A stretch of DNA of 64,000 nt. Origin: Methanobacteriota archaeon. Lineage in GTDB: Archaea > Thermoplasmatota > Poseidoniia > MGIII > CG-Epi1. The position numbers and the translations under genes are program-made. The DNA is taken from positions 26,463 to 90,462 of the forward strand of contig JAAZXG010000001.1 of NCBI GenBank assembly GCA_014240255.1, written 5' to 3'. The notes beneath the pieces are model-generated. The model was not told where the DNA came from and did no database searches. It saw nothing but the letters and a program-made list of their open reading frames with translations. Below, piece after piece: positions 47,724-58,419 of this stretch; the stretch's first letter is position 1, and each line of letters starts with the position of its first letter.

Positions 47724-48348
47724 TACTAACCTCTTCAGAATATAAATTAACTATTTTATCTGATGTATCAACAATTAATGAACCATCTTTATCTATTGAT
47801 TTAACAATTCCAGATCCGCTATTCCAATTTATATTTTTACCTATTAAAAAATCTACTTTAGTATATTTATCTAATATTTTCTCGGGAGATAAATTAAAGT
47901 TTTCATTAAAGTTAACCATGAATAAAGAAATAAAATCTAATTTATCTAAATCATAATTAATATCATTAAGATTAATAGTTTTTGATATAGATACACTATT
48001 ATTAATATTAAGACCTAGACCAACTATTGTATAATTACCATAACTCTCACAAAGAATCCCTCCTAACTTTCTTCCATTAAGAAGTATATCATTAGGCCAT
48101 TTAAGTCTAATCTTATCTTTAATATCTACTAAAGATTCTAATACACTTAATCCGGTAATAAAAGGTAAGAATTTATTGCTTGAAGAAACAAATGTAAAAT
48201 ATAAACCGCCTAACTCTGAATTCCAACTATTGCCCCGACGTCCTTTCCCTTCCGTTTGCTTAATTGCTAAAACACAATCTCCAATATTTAAGAAAAAATC
48301 AGATAACCAATTATTAGTCGATTTAACAGTATCCATTATGTGTATCAA
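47710..48348 (-). CDS. birA: biotin--protein ligase (no HTH domain)
   Basis: QTEGKGRRGNSW and KWPNDIL motifs; 212 aa. Confidence 0.8.
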   Translation of the reverse strand: MIHIMDTVKSTNNWLSDFFLNIGDCVLAIKQTEGKGRRGNSWNSELGGLYFTFVSSSNKFLPFITGLSVLESLVDIKDKIRLKWPNDILLNGRKLGGILCESYGNYTIVGLGLNINNSVSISKTINLNDINYDLDKLDFISLFMVNFNENFNLSPEKILDKYTKVDFLIGKNINWNSGSGIVKSIDKDGSLIVDTSDKIVNLYSEEVSIENY

Positions 48349-51300
48349 AGAAATGCCCCAAGGTCCATTTGTTTGATTTGTTCATTTTCTAAAGTATCTT
48401 CAATTGCATTAAATGCGAGTTCTAATCTTTGCTTTATGAAAGAACGGGCCCCATAATTCTCAGAAATTTCTGTAGCTATTTTACGATACTTCGCAACCGA
48501 AGCCGGAGATATATTTAATTGAAGACTACCTCCACAAACGCAGGTTTCTTTCAATGGAGGGCGCCTATATTTCTTAGTGCATTTTTTACACCTCACACCC
48601 TGTGTAGAAAATGAGCGCAAATTACCAATAATATCTCTGATAAAATGCTTTTCAATAGTTTGTTCGGCAACATAAGTAGCGTCTGAAGCCCTTGTTTTAG
48701 ACGCTAAGACCAAAGACGCTAGTGCTTTCTCTTTCATTGAACCTAATGTTACATAACGAGATTCAGAAGGACCCATATTGATACTTGAAGATGAATGAGT
48801 AAAACCATAATTTTCATATTGACTTTCTGTTTCTAACCTATTAGAAACAAGATCTAAAAGGCTTACAACCTTATTCGGAGCTAACTTTTCTTCAGCCTTT
48901 TCATATAACTCTAAAGGATAAGACGTATTCAATTCAATATTGTGTGCTTCACTATCAATTTCAGCTGGATCTATACGCGTTGATAATACTCTTGGAATAT
49001 CCATAGTACCACCCCTAGTGGTTGGAACAAAACTATCTGAATAATTTAATAGGCCATCTAAAAGAAGCATTATGGAATCTTCATCACCATCGCAATTTCT
49101 CCTTTTGGCAGCATGCAAAAAAGGATGACCATACTGAGCTTTAGCAGTTGTAAAACCAATTAATCGAGTTAAAACTCCTGCAGAAGTATGAGGGCTTAAA
49201 CAAATTAACAAACTACCAATCAACTCCTTATGACTCGAATTAGGTTTGAGATTATAATATGGCTCTTGATTATATAATCTTGACAATTCTTCATCTACAA
49301 AATTTGAAACTTTAACCAACCAATTTCCAGCTCGTTCGGAAACAATTAAGTCTTGGACCTTAAGCTCTAATAACTGGTCAATTGAAGTCAATTTTTCTCC
49401 CTTATGGTCTTTCAAATATCCTAATTCTTTAGCTTTTTCGAGAGTTAATCCAACTTCTCTTGGATAAAAATGAGTTATTGGTAAATCAATCATATCATAG
49501 CGTAAGGTTCCATCTTTGTAAACTCGTAAATCTCTCTGCGCACGAAGAATACCTTTTTCAATACTCTCAGGAATTTTATCTGCAGTTTTTAATTCTTTAA
49601 CTCCTTTAATTTTAGGCAATATACCTATTTTAGTGTTATTTAGTGCTTGAGTAACCAATTCAGAAAGGTCAACTATTCGCTTTCTTGGATCTTCCTTAAC
49701 CATCGTCAAAGAATTACAACAATTCAATGAAACTGTTTCTTTATGACATTCTTTACAGTAACGCAATTGAACGTTAAGTTCGATCTTACCTGAGAGACCC
49801 TGTGAAAATCCACGATTATTTGTACTAGATTTAAGGGCCGTATTAATCAATCTTTGATTGCTACCAGCTTCTCCTAAAGGAAAAAGAACATTAGGTGGTG
49901 GTTTCATACGCCTTTCATTAGCCTTTTCAGGGCGCCCCATACTTCCTCCAATTCTTGTAGGTGCCTTATCTTTTATTTCAATACCAGATAAATAAGAAAC
50001 TAATTCAAGAGTGTTATCAGTTTCATTTGGATCACAAAAAGATTCAATAGAACCCTCATTTTTCTTTAATCCTAATTGCTTGATTAAAGGCTCATAACCA
50101 TCATCTAAAACTATTAAATTATCATTTATCTTATAAAAAAGACCTAGTCTAATAAAAATTTCTTTATACATTAACGGAAACTTATTTGCAAGAACTTTTT
50201 CACTATTTCTAATCAATTGACTTCTAAGGTCTAATATTTCTTTAACTCCTAAATCAGACCAATAATAGGTATATAATGGATGTAAAGGTATCTTATTAGT
50301 TAAACAATAATCAAAAATAGATTTGAAATCGTTTTCACCACTGTACTCCTTTAGATTGCTCTCTTTTACAATCGCAGTCCACCACTCTTGACACCATCCA
50401 GAAGGTTGCAATGGATGATTATTTTCAATAAACTCTCCAAAAGGTATCAAGATTTCCCCAAGATCTATTATCTTTTCAACGTCATTAACTTTTGCCTTAG
50501 CTAAATCATAATCATCTAATCTCATATATGTTCCATCTTTCAACAAAACTGAAGGCCCTTCTATTGAATCGCAGGGATTGCCTGCTGTAGCTTTACCGGG
50601 AAGCTGAAGTTTAATCTGAGTACCAATAGCTGCAAAAGAATCAACAACTAACATTGTAGAGGGGTGAATAGACATAGACGCCAAGCCAGAAGTACGTGAA
50701 CGACCGTATCGTAACCTAAAAGCTCCAGGCTTATCAGGAAAAGCAAAAATTGGACGACCGGCAAGAACGTCTTTGAGATATTTATGCTCCTTGACATTAC
50801 CTGAGGCAGAACTACGTTTTTTTTCTGTATAAGTTCTTAGAAACTCCCATCCACTAATCGATAAATTATCCACATGTTTGAGGACTTTAGCAGCTTTAAG
50901 ACAAAGGCCTTCAGCCAAAACCAAACAAGCACCACCTCTCAATGAATTTGTTTCAACCCTTGGTAAATCTCTATTACCTGCAACTTCTAATTTATCGGTT
51001 CTTTCACCAGTAATACAAATTGGACAAGATTTTACAATTGTCTCTATTTCGTCGGGACCTGGGACATACTGAAGATTAACTGCTCTTTTATACAAGGGTA
51101 TTTCTTCTTTATATCTTTCGATTTCAGCTGGTGTTGGAATATAAGCATCTAAGCCTAACTCTCTCCTAACTACATCAGCTATCAGAACTGATAATGCTTG
51201 AGCTGTTCCCCCAGCCGCACGAATTGGCCCTGCATAGTATATCGAAGCACAGGTTGTATTGTTATTATTTTCCAAAGTACTTATCTTGACAACGCCTTCG

Positions 51301-51635
51301 GTAGGAGCCACAAGAACCCCTTCTGTGAGGATTGATAAGGAGGTTCTAACTGCTTGTTCTAGGGCAAATTCTATGCCACTTTCAGCTCTTAATTTTGCAG
51401 CTAATTCTTTAGCTATAATGAGTGCTGTTGTCTCTCTATCATTATCTTTTGCAACCTCTCGAATTCTAGGTGCAATTCCTTTGGGACCTACTTGGGCCTC
51501 AACTCTTTCAGCAAGATCTTTAGCTCTTGGTATTTCAGCTTCTGTTGAAGGATCAAAACCAGCTTTACGAGCTTTAGAAACTATTGAATAACAAGCGTCA
51601 GCTTTCTCTTCTAAATCTCGAAAATAAGATTCCAT
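48345..51635 (-). CDS. polC: DNA polymerase II (PolD) large subunit DP2
   Basis: N-terminus MESYFRDLEEKADACYSIVSKARKAGFDPS...IPRAKDLAERVE and full-length DP2 pattern with C-terminal Cys clusters. ATG at 51635 preferred. No intein. Confidence 0.92.
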   Translation of the reverse strand: MESYFRDLEEKADACYSIVSKARKAGFDPSTEAEIPRAKDLAERVEAQVGPKGIAPRIREVAKDNDRETTALIIAKELAAKLRAESGIEFALEQAVRTSLSILTEGVLVAPTEGVVKISTLENNNNTTCASIYYAGPIRAAGGTAQALSVLIADVVRRELGLDAYIPTPAEIERYKEEIPLYKRAVNLQYVPGPDEIETIVKSCPICITGERTDKLEVAGNRDLPRVETNSLRGGACLVLAEGLCLKAAKVLKHVDNLSISGWEFLRTYTEKKRSSASGNVKEHKYLKDVLAGRPIFAFPDKPGAFRLRYGRSRTSGLASMSIHPSTMLVVDSFAAIGTQIKLQLPGKATAGNPCDSIEGPSVLLKDGTYMRLDDYDLAKAKVNDVEKIIDLGEILIPFGEFIENNHPLQPSGWCQEWWTAIVKESNLKEYSGENDFKSIFDYCLTNKIPLHPLYTYYWSDLGVKEILDLRSQLIRNSEKVLANKFPLMYKEIFIRLGLFYKINDNLIVLDDGYEPLIKQLGLKKNEGSIESFCDPNETDNTLELVSYLSGIEIKDKAPTRIGGSMGRPEKANERRMKPPPNVLFPLGEAGSNQRLINTALKSSTNNRGFSQGLSGKIELNVQLRYCKECHKETVSLNCCNSLTMVKEDPRKRIVDLSELVTQALNNTKIGILPKIKGVKELKTADKIPESIEKGILRAQRDLRVYKDGTLRYDMIDLPITHFYPREVGLTLEKAKELGYLKDHKGEKLTSIDQLLELKVQDLIVSERAGNWLVKVSNFVDEELSRLYNQEPYYNLKPNSSHKELIGSLLICLSPHTSAGVLTRLIGFTTAKAQYGHPFLHAAKRRNCDGDEDSIMLLLDGLLNYSDSFVPTTRGGTMDIPRVLSTRIDPAEIDSEAHNIELNTSYPLELYEKAEEKLAPNKVVSLLDLVSNRLETESQYENYGFTHSSSSINMGPSESRYVTLGSMKEKALASLVLASKTRASDATYVAEQTIEKHFIRDIIGNLRSFSTQGVRCKKCTKKYRRPPLKETCVCGGSLQLNISPASVAKYRKIATEISENYGARSFIKQRLELAFNAIEDTLENEQIKQMDLGAFL

Positions 51636-51699
51636 TTCCTCGGATGCAACCAGTACCACAACTTAGTATGGAAAGGCTATTATTATCCTATTCGGCGGA

Positions 51700-53202
51700 C
51701 TATACACCATAGCTATCTATGAATATAGATTTATATGAAGAAGAAGCTGCTCGAATACCTGCAAGCAGTATTCCAAAAGAAACAAAAATGAATATTAAAC
51801 CTGCAAATAAACCAATATTATGATTCCAAAGCATTACAGAAGCTGGAAGAATTAAAATAATTGAAGAAAATAAGGCGGATGTTCCCATCAACATAAATTG
51901 AACTAAAATATCAGGATTACCTCTATCACTCTCGTCAAAATTTGCAAAAGCACTACCGGCCCATATACCCAAACCGGTATTACAAAAAATAATTATCAAT
52001 AGACATTCGCCGAAAAAAAGTGTTACCTTTATTGGAAAGGCTGCAAGAATGCAGATGGGGAGCCAAATGGCTACTAAACCAGGTAGTGCCATCATGATTA
52101 AGGCACTGGCTTTGCCCTTCATTATCAATAAAGACTCAACAGGGTTTGATTTCATAATCCACAATCTTTTTCCTTCAACACCAAGCATAGTTGAACCCAA
52201 CATTGTACATTGAAGTAAGGCACCCATGTACAGACTAATTGCAAGCATTCCGGGATAATACAATGTTAATGGTAAATCACCGACAGGTTCAGTGGGAATT
52301 CCCATCTTAAACCACCAAAATATCAAAATAAAGGCTATCGAAAATGTCGAAAAAGCTGAACTCAAGACATCCCTTTCCCGAATAGAAGATATTACTTCCT
52401 TAGAACATATTGAAGATACTCTATTACCTAATACCGAACGCAACCATTTGAATTGTAAAAAACGCATAGGGTTCTTATGTGATGATGAATTAATTTTATA
52501 AGATTCTAAAGCTTCGATAAATATACGATCCATATTGTAAAAATATATCAATAAAAGTAAGAGACAACTAAATGTAATCGCTAAAGCCATATCAGGATAA
52601 GAATGTGATACATTAGCAATTAACATCAAAACAACTAATATGGGTGAAAGTGTAACCAAAAAAGTCATTTTACGAGAGAATGGATGAAGAGCACCTACAA
52701 TAGAAAACATATAACCAGATAAAGCAGATAATATTGTAAATAGGATGAATAATTCCAAAAACTCATTTGTTAAATCAATATTGGAATTTGTTACAAGATT
52801 TCCAGTATAGAATACAAAAAGTAAAAGAGAGGCCAGTAATACATTTGGAACTAAAATGGAAAGAAACATTCCAAACATAATCTGTCGAGGTGATATAGGC
52901 TGAACAAGGTGTAACTCCATGCGTTTTGATTTAATAATCCTACGGTATGTAATACCTGCAGAACGTAAGGTAAATAATGCGAAAAATATTACTAAAATAG
53001 TGCCATATCCTTCATTTGATCCCTCAGGGAATGATTCAGGATTATCTATTACGAATTTAACAAGGCGAATACACGCAAATGAAAATAATAAACCTAACAA
53101 TGAAATTATAATTGTACCAAACAAACGTTTACTGAGAGACTGTGTACTACGTCGATAAAAAGATTTAAATTCAGCTTCAAATATTGTATAAGCCGTACTC
53201 AT
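51700..53202 (-). CDS. polytopic membrane protein (ABC-2/exporter-permease-like topology)
   Basis: 500 aa with at least 10 hydrophobic helices. No ATPase partner nearby. ATGA overlap with the upstream zinc-ribbon ORF. Confidence 0.55.
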   Translation of the reverse strand: MSTAYTIFEAEFKSFYRRSTQSLSKRLFGTIIISLLGLLFSFACIRLVKFVIDNPESFPEGSNEGYGTILVIFFALFTLRSAGITYRRIIKSKRMELHLVQPISPRQIMFGMFLSILVPNVLLASLLLFVFYTGNLVTNSNIDLTNEFLELFILFTILSALSGYMFSIVGALHPFSRKMTFLVTLSPILVVLMLIANVSHSYPDMALAITFSCLLLLLIYFYNMDRIFIEALESYKINSSSHKNPMRFLQFKWLRSVLGNRVSSICSKEVISSIRERDVLSSAFSTFSIAFILIFWWFKMGIPTEPVGDLPLTLYYPGMLAISLYMGALLQCTMLGSTMLGVEGKRLWIMKSNPVESLLIMKGKASALIMMALPGLVAIWLPICILAAFPIKVTLFFGECLLIIIFCNTGLGIWAGSAFANFDESDRGNPDILVQFMLMGTSALFSSIILILPASVMLWNHNIGLFAGLIFIFVSFGILLAGIRAASSSYKSIFIDSYGV

Positions 53203-53438
53203 CGACCTAAAGACTCCATAGTTCTATCTTTCTTAGATGATTTTTTGAAAATACGATAACAGTCTGTACAAAGTGCCGTCTTACGACTAGAACCTTGAAG
53301 ATTCAAGCTACCAGTCTTTTCAACTCTTTTCCGAGGTATTGAACGCTTTGGTGTTTTTCCACAACCTACAGTACTACAAACTCCTTGTTCATCATCTGAC
53401 AAAGAAATATCTCTATGCTTCATTAAAGTCATAGACAA
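53199..53438 (-). CDS. small basic zinc-ribbon protein
   Basis: 79 aa with CSTVGC...CTDC spacing and a Lys/Arg-rich sequence. Translationally coupled to the membrane protein. Confidence 0.5.
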   Translation of the reverse strand: MSMTLMKHRDISLSDDEQGVCSTVGCGKTPKRSIPRKRVEKTGSLNLQGSSRKTALCTDCYRIFKKSSKKDRTMESLGR

Positions 53439-53465
53439 CTTACGATACTTAAAACATTACGAATG

Positions 53466-53687
53466 CTATTTCCTTAGAGATAAACCCTCAGAATGAGATA
53501 GCATATTACCACATTTAGCACAATAATTAACCTTCTCATCCGATATTATATAATCGCATAAAGAACACTTTCTTTCGACCTTTGATTGAGGCTGTTTGGA
53601 TTTATTTCTAAAGTTTATGAAATATCCTATTCCTAAAATTATGAGAATAACCGTTTGACTATAACAGACTAATTCCTCGAACTCCAC
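53466..53687 (-). CDS. small membrane-anchored zinc-ribbon protein
   Basis: 73 aa: one TM helix, then CSLC...CAKC. Confidence 0.45.
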   Translation of the reverse strand: MEFEELVCYSQTVILIILGIGYFINFRNKSKQPQSKVERKCSLCDYIISDEKVNYCAKCGNMLSHSEGLSLRK

Positions 53688-53727
53688 ATTAAAACCAATA
53701 CTAGTTCCCTATAATTGTTTTACGGCC

Positions 53728-54912
53728 CTATTGAAGAGTGATATCTGGCATTAAAGGTCTAGCTGCAAACCCTTTCAATGCAAAATTACTACCTTCACCA
53801 ACTCTACAAACAAACAAATCTCTATGATGGCGTATTAACCCAAATTCATCTAATGAGGATACACCTCCACAAATTTCCATTGCCATTGTTAAATGATCGG
53901 AAGCTTTTCGTGAACATTCAATCTTAACTTTCGCTGCTGATTCTCTGTCCAATGTATTGTCATTATATCTATTTGTAAGATCAAGTAACCAAGTCAAACC
54001 TTGCTCTAATGTTATATCCATATCAATTATTACATCTTGAACACGTTGAAAAGTTCCAATTGGAACTCCAAACTGTTCTCTTTCCTGTGAGTAGTTCCGA
54101 CATTTATCTAAAGCAAATGCAAGGGATGCAAGAGACATTCCAGCAATAAATAAACGTCCACCATTCAATGTTTGAGCCATTACTTTGAATCCTTCATTTT
54201 CCTTTCCAAGAATTGAATCATCAGAAACTCGAACATCATCGAAAGTAATTGATCCCGTCGAGGATTGACTCCATAAATCTTTGCCTGCCATTTCCTGATA
54301 AGATACATTTGAATCATCCATTGGCACTATGAAACAAGTAGTCCTGTGCCCGGGTTTAGAATCGGGATCTGTCATTGCATGAACTACTACATGACTAGAC
54401 CATTTTGCATTTGTAGACCAACACTTTTCTCCTTTGATAACCCAGTTATTACCATCTTTCTTAGCTGTAACTTGAGGATTAGTAGCATCGGAACCTCGAC
54501 CTGGTTCTGATAAACCAAAAACAAACATTCTTTTTCCAGCTGCCAAATCAGGAAGATGTGCCTCCTTCTGAGCATCAGTCCCAAATAATTGTAAAGGTTT
54601 AGCACCTAAAGACATAGCTGCACCAGGTGTTATTGCTAAAGATTGAGAATGATATCCAAGAGCCAGACCCATCAAAATCAAATCTAGTTGATTACCTCCC
54701 TGACCTCCATATTTCTCAGATACTGTAACTCCGAAAAGCCCCATTTGACCCATTTCCTCAATTATATCTTCTGGAATTAAATCATGATTACGTTCCCAAT
54801 TGAGATAATTAGGTTCTATTCTATCTTCAGCAAATTCACAAACTGCTTTGTAAAAAGTCATTGAATCTGGTGATACTAGTCTTTCCAAATAGTGATCTAA
54901 ACGGCGTTCCAT
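53728..54912 (-). CDS. acyl-CoA dehydrogenase
   Basis: ACAD motifs (GLSEPGRGSD, CWSTNA, catalytic-base region GEGS). ATG at 54912 preferred; the longer ORF overlaps the upstream gene. Confidence 0.88.
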   Translation of the reverse strand: MERRLDHYLERLVSPDSMTFYKAVCEFAEDRIEPNYLNWERNHDLIPEDIIEEMGQMGLFGVTVSEKYGGQGGNQLDLILMGLALGYHSQSLAITPGAAMSLGAKPLQLFGTDAQKEAHLPDLAAGKRMFVFGLSEPGRGSDATNPQVTAKKDGNNWVIKGEKCWSTNAKWSSHVVVHAMTDPDSKPGHRTTCFIVPMDDSNVSYQEMAGKDLWSQSSTGSITFDDVRVSDDSILGKENEGFKVMAQTLNGGRLFIAGMSLASLAFALDKCRNYSQEREQFGVPIGTFQRVQDVIIDMDITLEQGLTWLLDLTNRYNDNTLDRESAAKVKIECSRKASDHLTMAMEICGGVSSLDEFGLIRHHRDLFVCRVGEGSNFALKGFAARPLMPDITLQ

Positions 54913-54943
54913 AATATTACTACAAAGATATCTGTTAAAGTGG

Positions 54944-56491
54944 TTATCGTGACCTTCCAATAGCTCCACGTGGAGGTTCTGGCTCATAGTCTGCCTGTAA
55001 CTCAGGTGGCCATTCTCTAGGTGTATCTTCTACGCCTTGTAGAATAATATATCCAATTATCATTACGAAAAATAAGAATCCAATAGCTGCAGGCCTTCCC
55101 AAACCAAGTCCATCTACTATTATTCCCCAAGAAAGAGGACCTATTATCGTGGCAAACCGTCCAACCATGCTGTAAAGGCCATAAAACTGCCCTATGTATC
55201 TCGGGGGTGTCAATACTAGCATGTATGGCCTATCTGCACACCAAGTTCCTCCTAATGCTATTCCTGCCAGGAATGGAGCAATCCATATCATCCAAGTTGG
55301 TAAACCAAGCCATACGGTGGAAATGAGTAAAGTAAATGTAGCAAACCATACCCATAAAACCATGTTAAGTGTAACTTTAGGACCAATAATATCAACTAAA
55401 TATCCCCAAAGAAAACCACTGACTATAGAGCTAAGAATACCAATTAAAACATATTTTACAATATCTGCAGTAGTCATTCCAAATTCTTCACTAACATATA
55501 TTGCAGCAAATGCTGTTGCTGTATTTGCAGCATCAGTATAGAAAACACGCCCAACAAGAAATCTAGAAAGACCTGGAAACTGATCAAGCATACCTAATGT
55601 TTTCTTTAATTGAGTAAATGTACCTCCAATTGCAGTTATAATTGAGCCATCTCTAAACAAAGGCGTTGATGGTGTAGAAATAAAACCGATAAGACAGATT
55701 ACAGTAACCCCATACAACAAATAGCTCATAACACCTCCAATTAACCAAGCATTAAGAATGAACAATAAAGCCATTATAACCATCAAACCAGGCCAGAAAT
55801 TGTCTTCTTCAGTTTCCTTAACAAAAATAAAGCAAGGTATTGCAAAAACTAAAAAAAGTAATGCTGTTACTTGAAAAACAGACTGAAATGGGTGGCCTAA
55901 AACTTCTATAAGAAAATAACCAGCCATTACTCCAATCAAAGAACCAATATATCCTATACCAATCCCAATACCTCCAATCCGACCTCTATTTCCGGGAGTT
56001 GATATTGTAGCTAAAGTTGAATCATAAAATATTAATCCTGCTTGATAAAAGTAATTAGCTGCAACAAAAATACCAAGTGAAACGAGCAATATTGTACGTT
56101 TATCCCATCCATCGCCTTCATAACCTAATAAGGCTGTAAAAGCTACACAAAGAAGAGTCGTATAGAATAAGAAAGGCATACGTCTACGTGACTGATCTGA
56201 AAGTGCTCCAATGATTGGAGCAGTCATAAACACTAAAGCCATCGACAAAGCATTTGCATATGCATAATCTGAATCTGTACCTCCTACTTCATCACTCAAA
56301 ACCCATAAACTAAAATAAAAAGAAACAATTAATACTGAAAATACCGTATTTCCGAGATCATAAAAAGCCCAAGAAATAATACTAAACATTGAAGCTTTGG
56401 TAGTTATGGGCTCTTTAGGCTCCTTAGCTTTTTCCCTAAACTCTTTTATTGAATTATTAGCTTTCTCTATGAATTTTTTTGCAGGACCCAT
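54944..56491 (-). CDS. MFS transporter, UMF1/Atg22-like
   Basis: WAFYDLGNTVFS N-terminal motif and 12-helix profile. Confidence 0.7.
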   Translation of the reverse strand: MGPAKKFIEKANNSIKEFREKAKEPKEPITTKASMFSIISWAFYDLGNTVFSVLIVSFYFSLWVLSDEVGGTDSDYAYANALSMALVFMTAPIIGALSDQSRRRMPFLFYTTLLCVAFTALLGYEGDGWDKRTILLVSLGIFVAANYFYQAGLIFYDSTLATISTPGNRGRIGGIGIGIGYIGSLIGVMAGYFLIEVLGHPFQSVFQVTALLFLVFAIPCFIFVKETEEDNFWPGLMVIMALLFILNAWLIGGVMSYLLYGVTVICLIGFISTPSTPLFRDGSIITAIGGTFTQLKKTLGMLDQFPGLSRFLVGRVFYTDAANTATAFAAIYVSEEFGMTTADIVKYVLIGILSSIVSGFLWGYLVDIIGPKVTLNMVLWVWFATFTLLISTVWLGLPTWMIWIAPFLAGIALGGTWCADRPYMLVLTPPRYIGQFYGLYSMVGRFATIIGPLSWGIIVDGLGLGRPAAIGFLFFVMIIGYIILQGVEDTPREWPPELQADYEPEPPRGAIGRSR

Positions 56492-56496
56492 CCTAA

Positions 56497-58356
56497 TTAC
56501 TCGTCTATTAAATCCTCTTTAAGAGAGGCCTTAATTGCACGGAGGCGTTTATCTTCAGCTTGAGCATCAAGTCTACCTGCATCAATATCAACCATATATA
56601 ATAAAATCAATCCAATTAATAATAATACAGCAATACTGAAAATACCCATACGACTGTCATACATGACTGCCATGAAAAAGTAAAGAGTAGGGCCCATAAA
56701 TGCTGCAACCTTACCAAAGAATCCAAAGAAACCGAAGAATTCAGTACTCCTTGTTTCAGGTATAATTTGTCCAAAAATACTTCTAGAGAGACCCTGAGAA
56801 CCTCCCAGTAAAGTTCCCATCATTGTTCCTAAAAGTAAGAATTGTAAAAATACAGTCAAACCAAATGGTTCCCATATATTATCTCTAGCCCATGCAGGAA
56901 TAAAATCTATAGAACCATCACCGAGATCTGAAGGATGATCTATACCTACATTATTAACTCCATCTAAAGCTCCGCCCAATATACTAACACTAAAACGAGT
57001 ATCATCTATTGAAATCAAAAAAGATTCTATTTCAGAATTGGTTATACCTGACATATTCTTAGTGAAATTAACCCATTCATCATCTACGGTCTCACCATAA
57101 TTCCAAGACTGAGTTTGCGTCTTAGCACTGTATTCTAGTGGAAGAAAATCTTTCCACTCCTCTGCCCATGCTTGCTCATTGAATTCCTTATCACCATAAT
57201 CTAGTTTTTGTGCTATCTCGGGAGTATAATAATCAACATGAACATCATAGACTTCATCTGATTCATTCCATTCATAAAGAATAAAGAATTCATCATGTTC
57301 TTCTAATTCGAGAGGAACAAAAGCAAGTGCTGCAAAACATAAAACGACCCAACCAACAATAGAAACCGTTAAAGCTCTTTTAGTTCCAACTCTATTTGCA
57401 AAATTAGTAAAAGCTACAGCCGAAGGTGCTGCCACAAATTGTATTGCAAGAATGGTAATTATTAGTTCTGTAGTTGTAACGCCAAGAACCGTGGTTCCAA
57501 AAACACCACCCAATGCAGTAATAGTATTTATGCCATCAATAAAGAAGAAATAAGCAAGCATATACAAAAATAAATTTGGAAATTTCTTTATGTCTCTTAA
57601 TGTTTGGGTAACTTCACTAACTGCGAACTTGGCAGCTTTTCTAAACTTCATAGCTTCCATTTCATTTTCTATAGGAGGTTCAGGAACCCACATAAATGTC
57701 AAAAGAGCAAAACCATACCACCAAACTCCTGCAGTAGCCATACAGAAAGGTATTATGGATGCACCTAATGTCAAAAATAATCCCATATGAATTAGTAATA
57801 GTATGCCACCTCCTAAGTATCCATAAGCAAAAGCCCGATTGGAAATGTCATCCATTTCGTCTTCTTTACCTAAATGAGGCAACAAAGAATTATAGAAAAC
57901 TCCAGCCCCATTAAGACCAATATTAGCTAAAAGAAACATTACCATAAGCCAAATCCAAGAAGCATTACCAAAGAATGGAGCAAAAGCCAAAAGGAAGGTG
58001 GCTCCAGCACCAATATAAGTCATAATTTTCAACCATTTAATCTTGATCAAGCGCCTGTCAGCTATAACTCCAAAAGGAGGACTAACTACCGCAACTATCA
58101 ACGTAGCAATAGCCACAGACAAAGACCAGATGGCATCCCCAGTCATAGTAATTGAACCTAAAGTTGCAGTTAGGCCATTAGCTTCAAGAAATAAAAATGC
58201 ATACCAAGCTGGTAACAAGGCTACAGTGACACTAGTCTCAAAAGCTGATTTTCCCCAATCATAAAATCCGTATCCGCTGATAGCTTTCTCTTTATCTTCT
58301 GGAAGATCTTGTAATTTGGACCCTAAACTAAACAATCTAGCAATAATATCGGCCAT
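56497..58356 (-). CDS. MFS transporter, UMF1/Atg22-like, with large acidic central insertion
   Basis: Paralog of the downstream gene (YGFYDWGKSAFETS). A soluble acidic segment of about 165 aa lies between the two six-helix halves. Confidence 0.7.
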   Translation of the reverse strand: MADIIARLFSLGSKLQDLPEDKEKAISGYGFYDWGKSAFETSVTVALLPAWYAFLFLEANGLTATLGSITMTGDAIWSLSVAIATLIVAVVSPPFGVIADRRLIKIKWLKIMTYIGAGATFLLAFAPFFGNASWIWLMVMFLLANIGLNGAGVFYNSLLPHLGKEDEMDDISNRAFAYGYLGGGILLLIHMGLFLTLGASIIPFCMATAGVWWYGFALLTFMWVPEPPIENEMEAMKFRKAAKFAVSEVTQTLRDIKKFPNLFLYMLAYFFFIDGINTITALGGVFGTTVLGVTTTELIITILAIQFVAAPSAVAFTNFANRVGTKRALTVSIVGWVVLCFAALAFVPLELEEHDEFFILYEWNESDEVYDVHVDYYTPEIAQKLDYGDKEFNEQAWAEEWKDFLPLEYSAKTQTQSWNYGETVDDEWVNFTKNMSGITNSEIESFLISIDDTRFSVSILGGALDGVNNVGIDHPSDLGDGSIDFIPAWARDNIWEPFGLTVFLQFLLLGTMMGTLLGGSQGLSRSIFGQIIPETRSTEFFGFFGFFGKVAAFMGPTLYFFMAVMYDSRMGIFSIAVLLLIGLILLYMVDIDAGRLDAQAEDKRLRAIKASLKEDLIDE

Positions 58357-58419
58357 ACATTCCCAAAGAGACCCAGTTAAATATATGTGACCTATCTGTT
58401 TCTATTAAAAAAACAATAT

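Noticed and set aside
48345-51659. Intein or split architecture in PolD DP2.
   Set aside because: 1096-1104 aa is the normal intein-free length. There are no intein block motifs and no interruption of the conserved regions.
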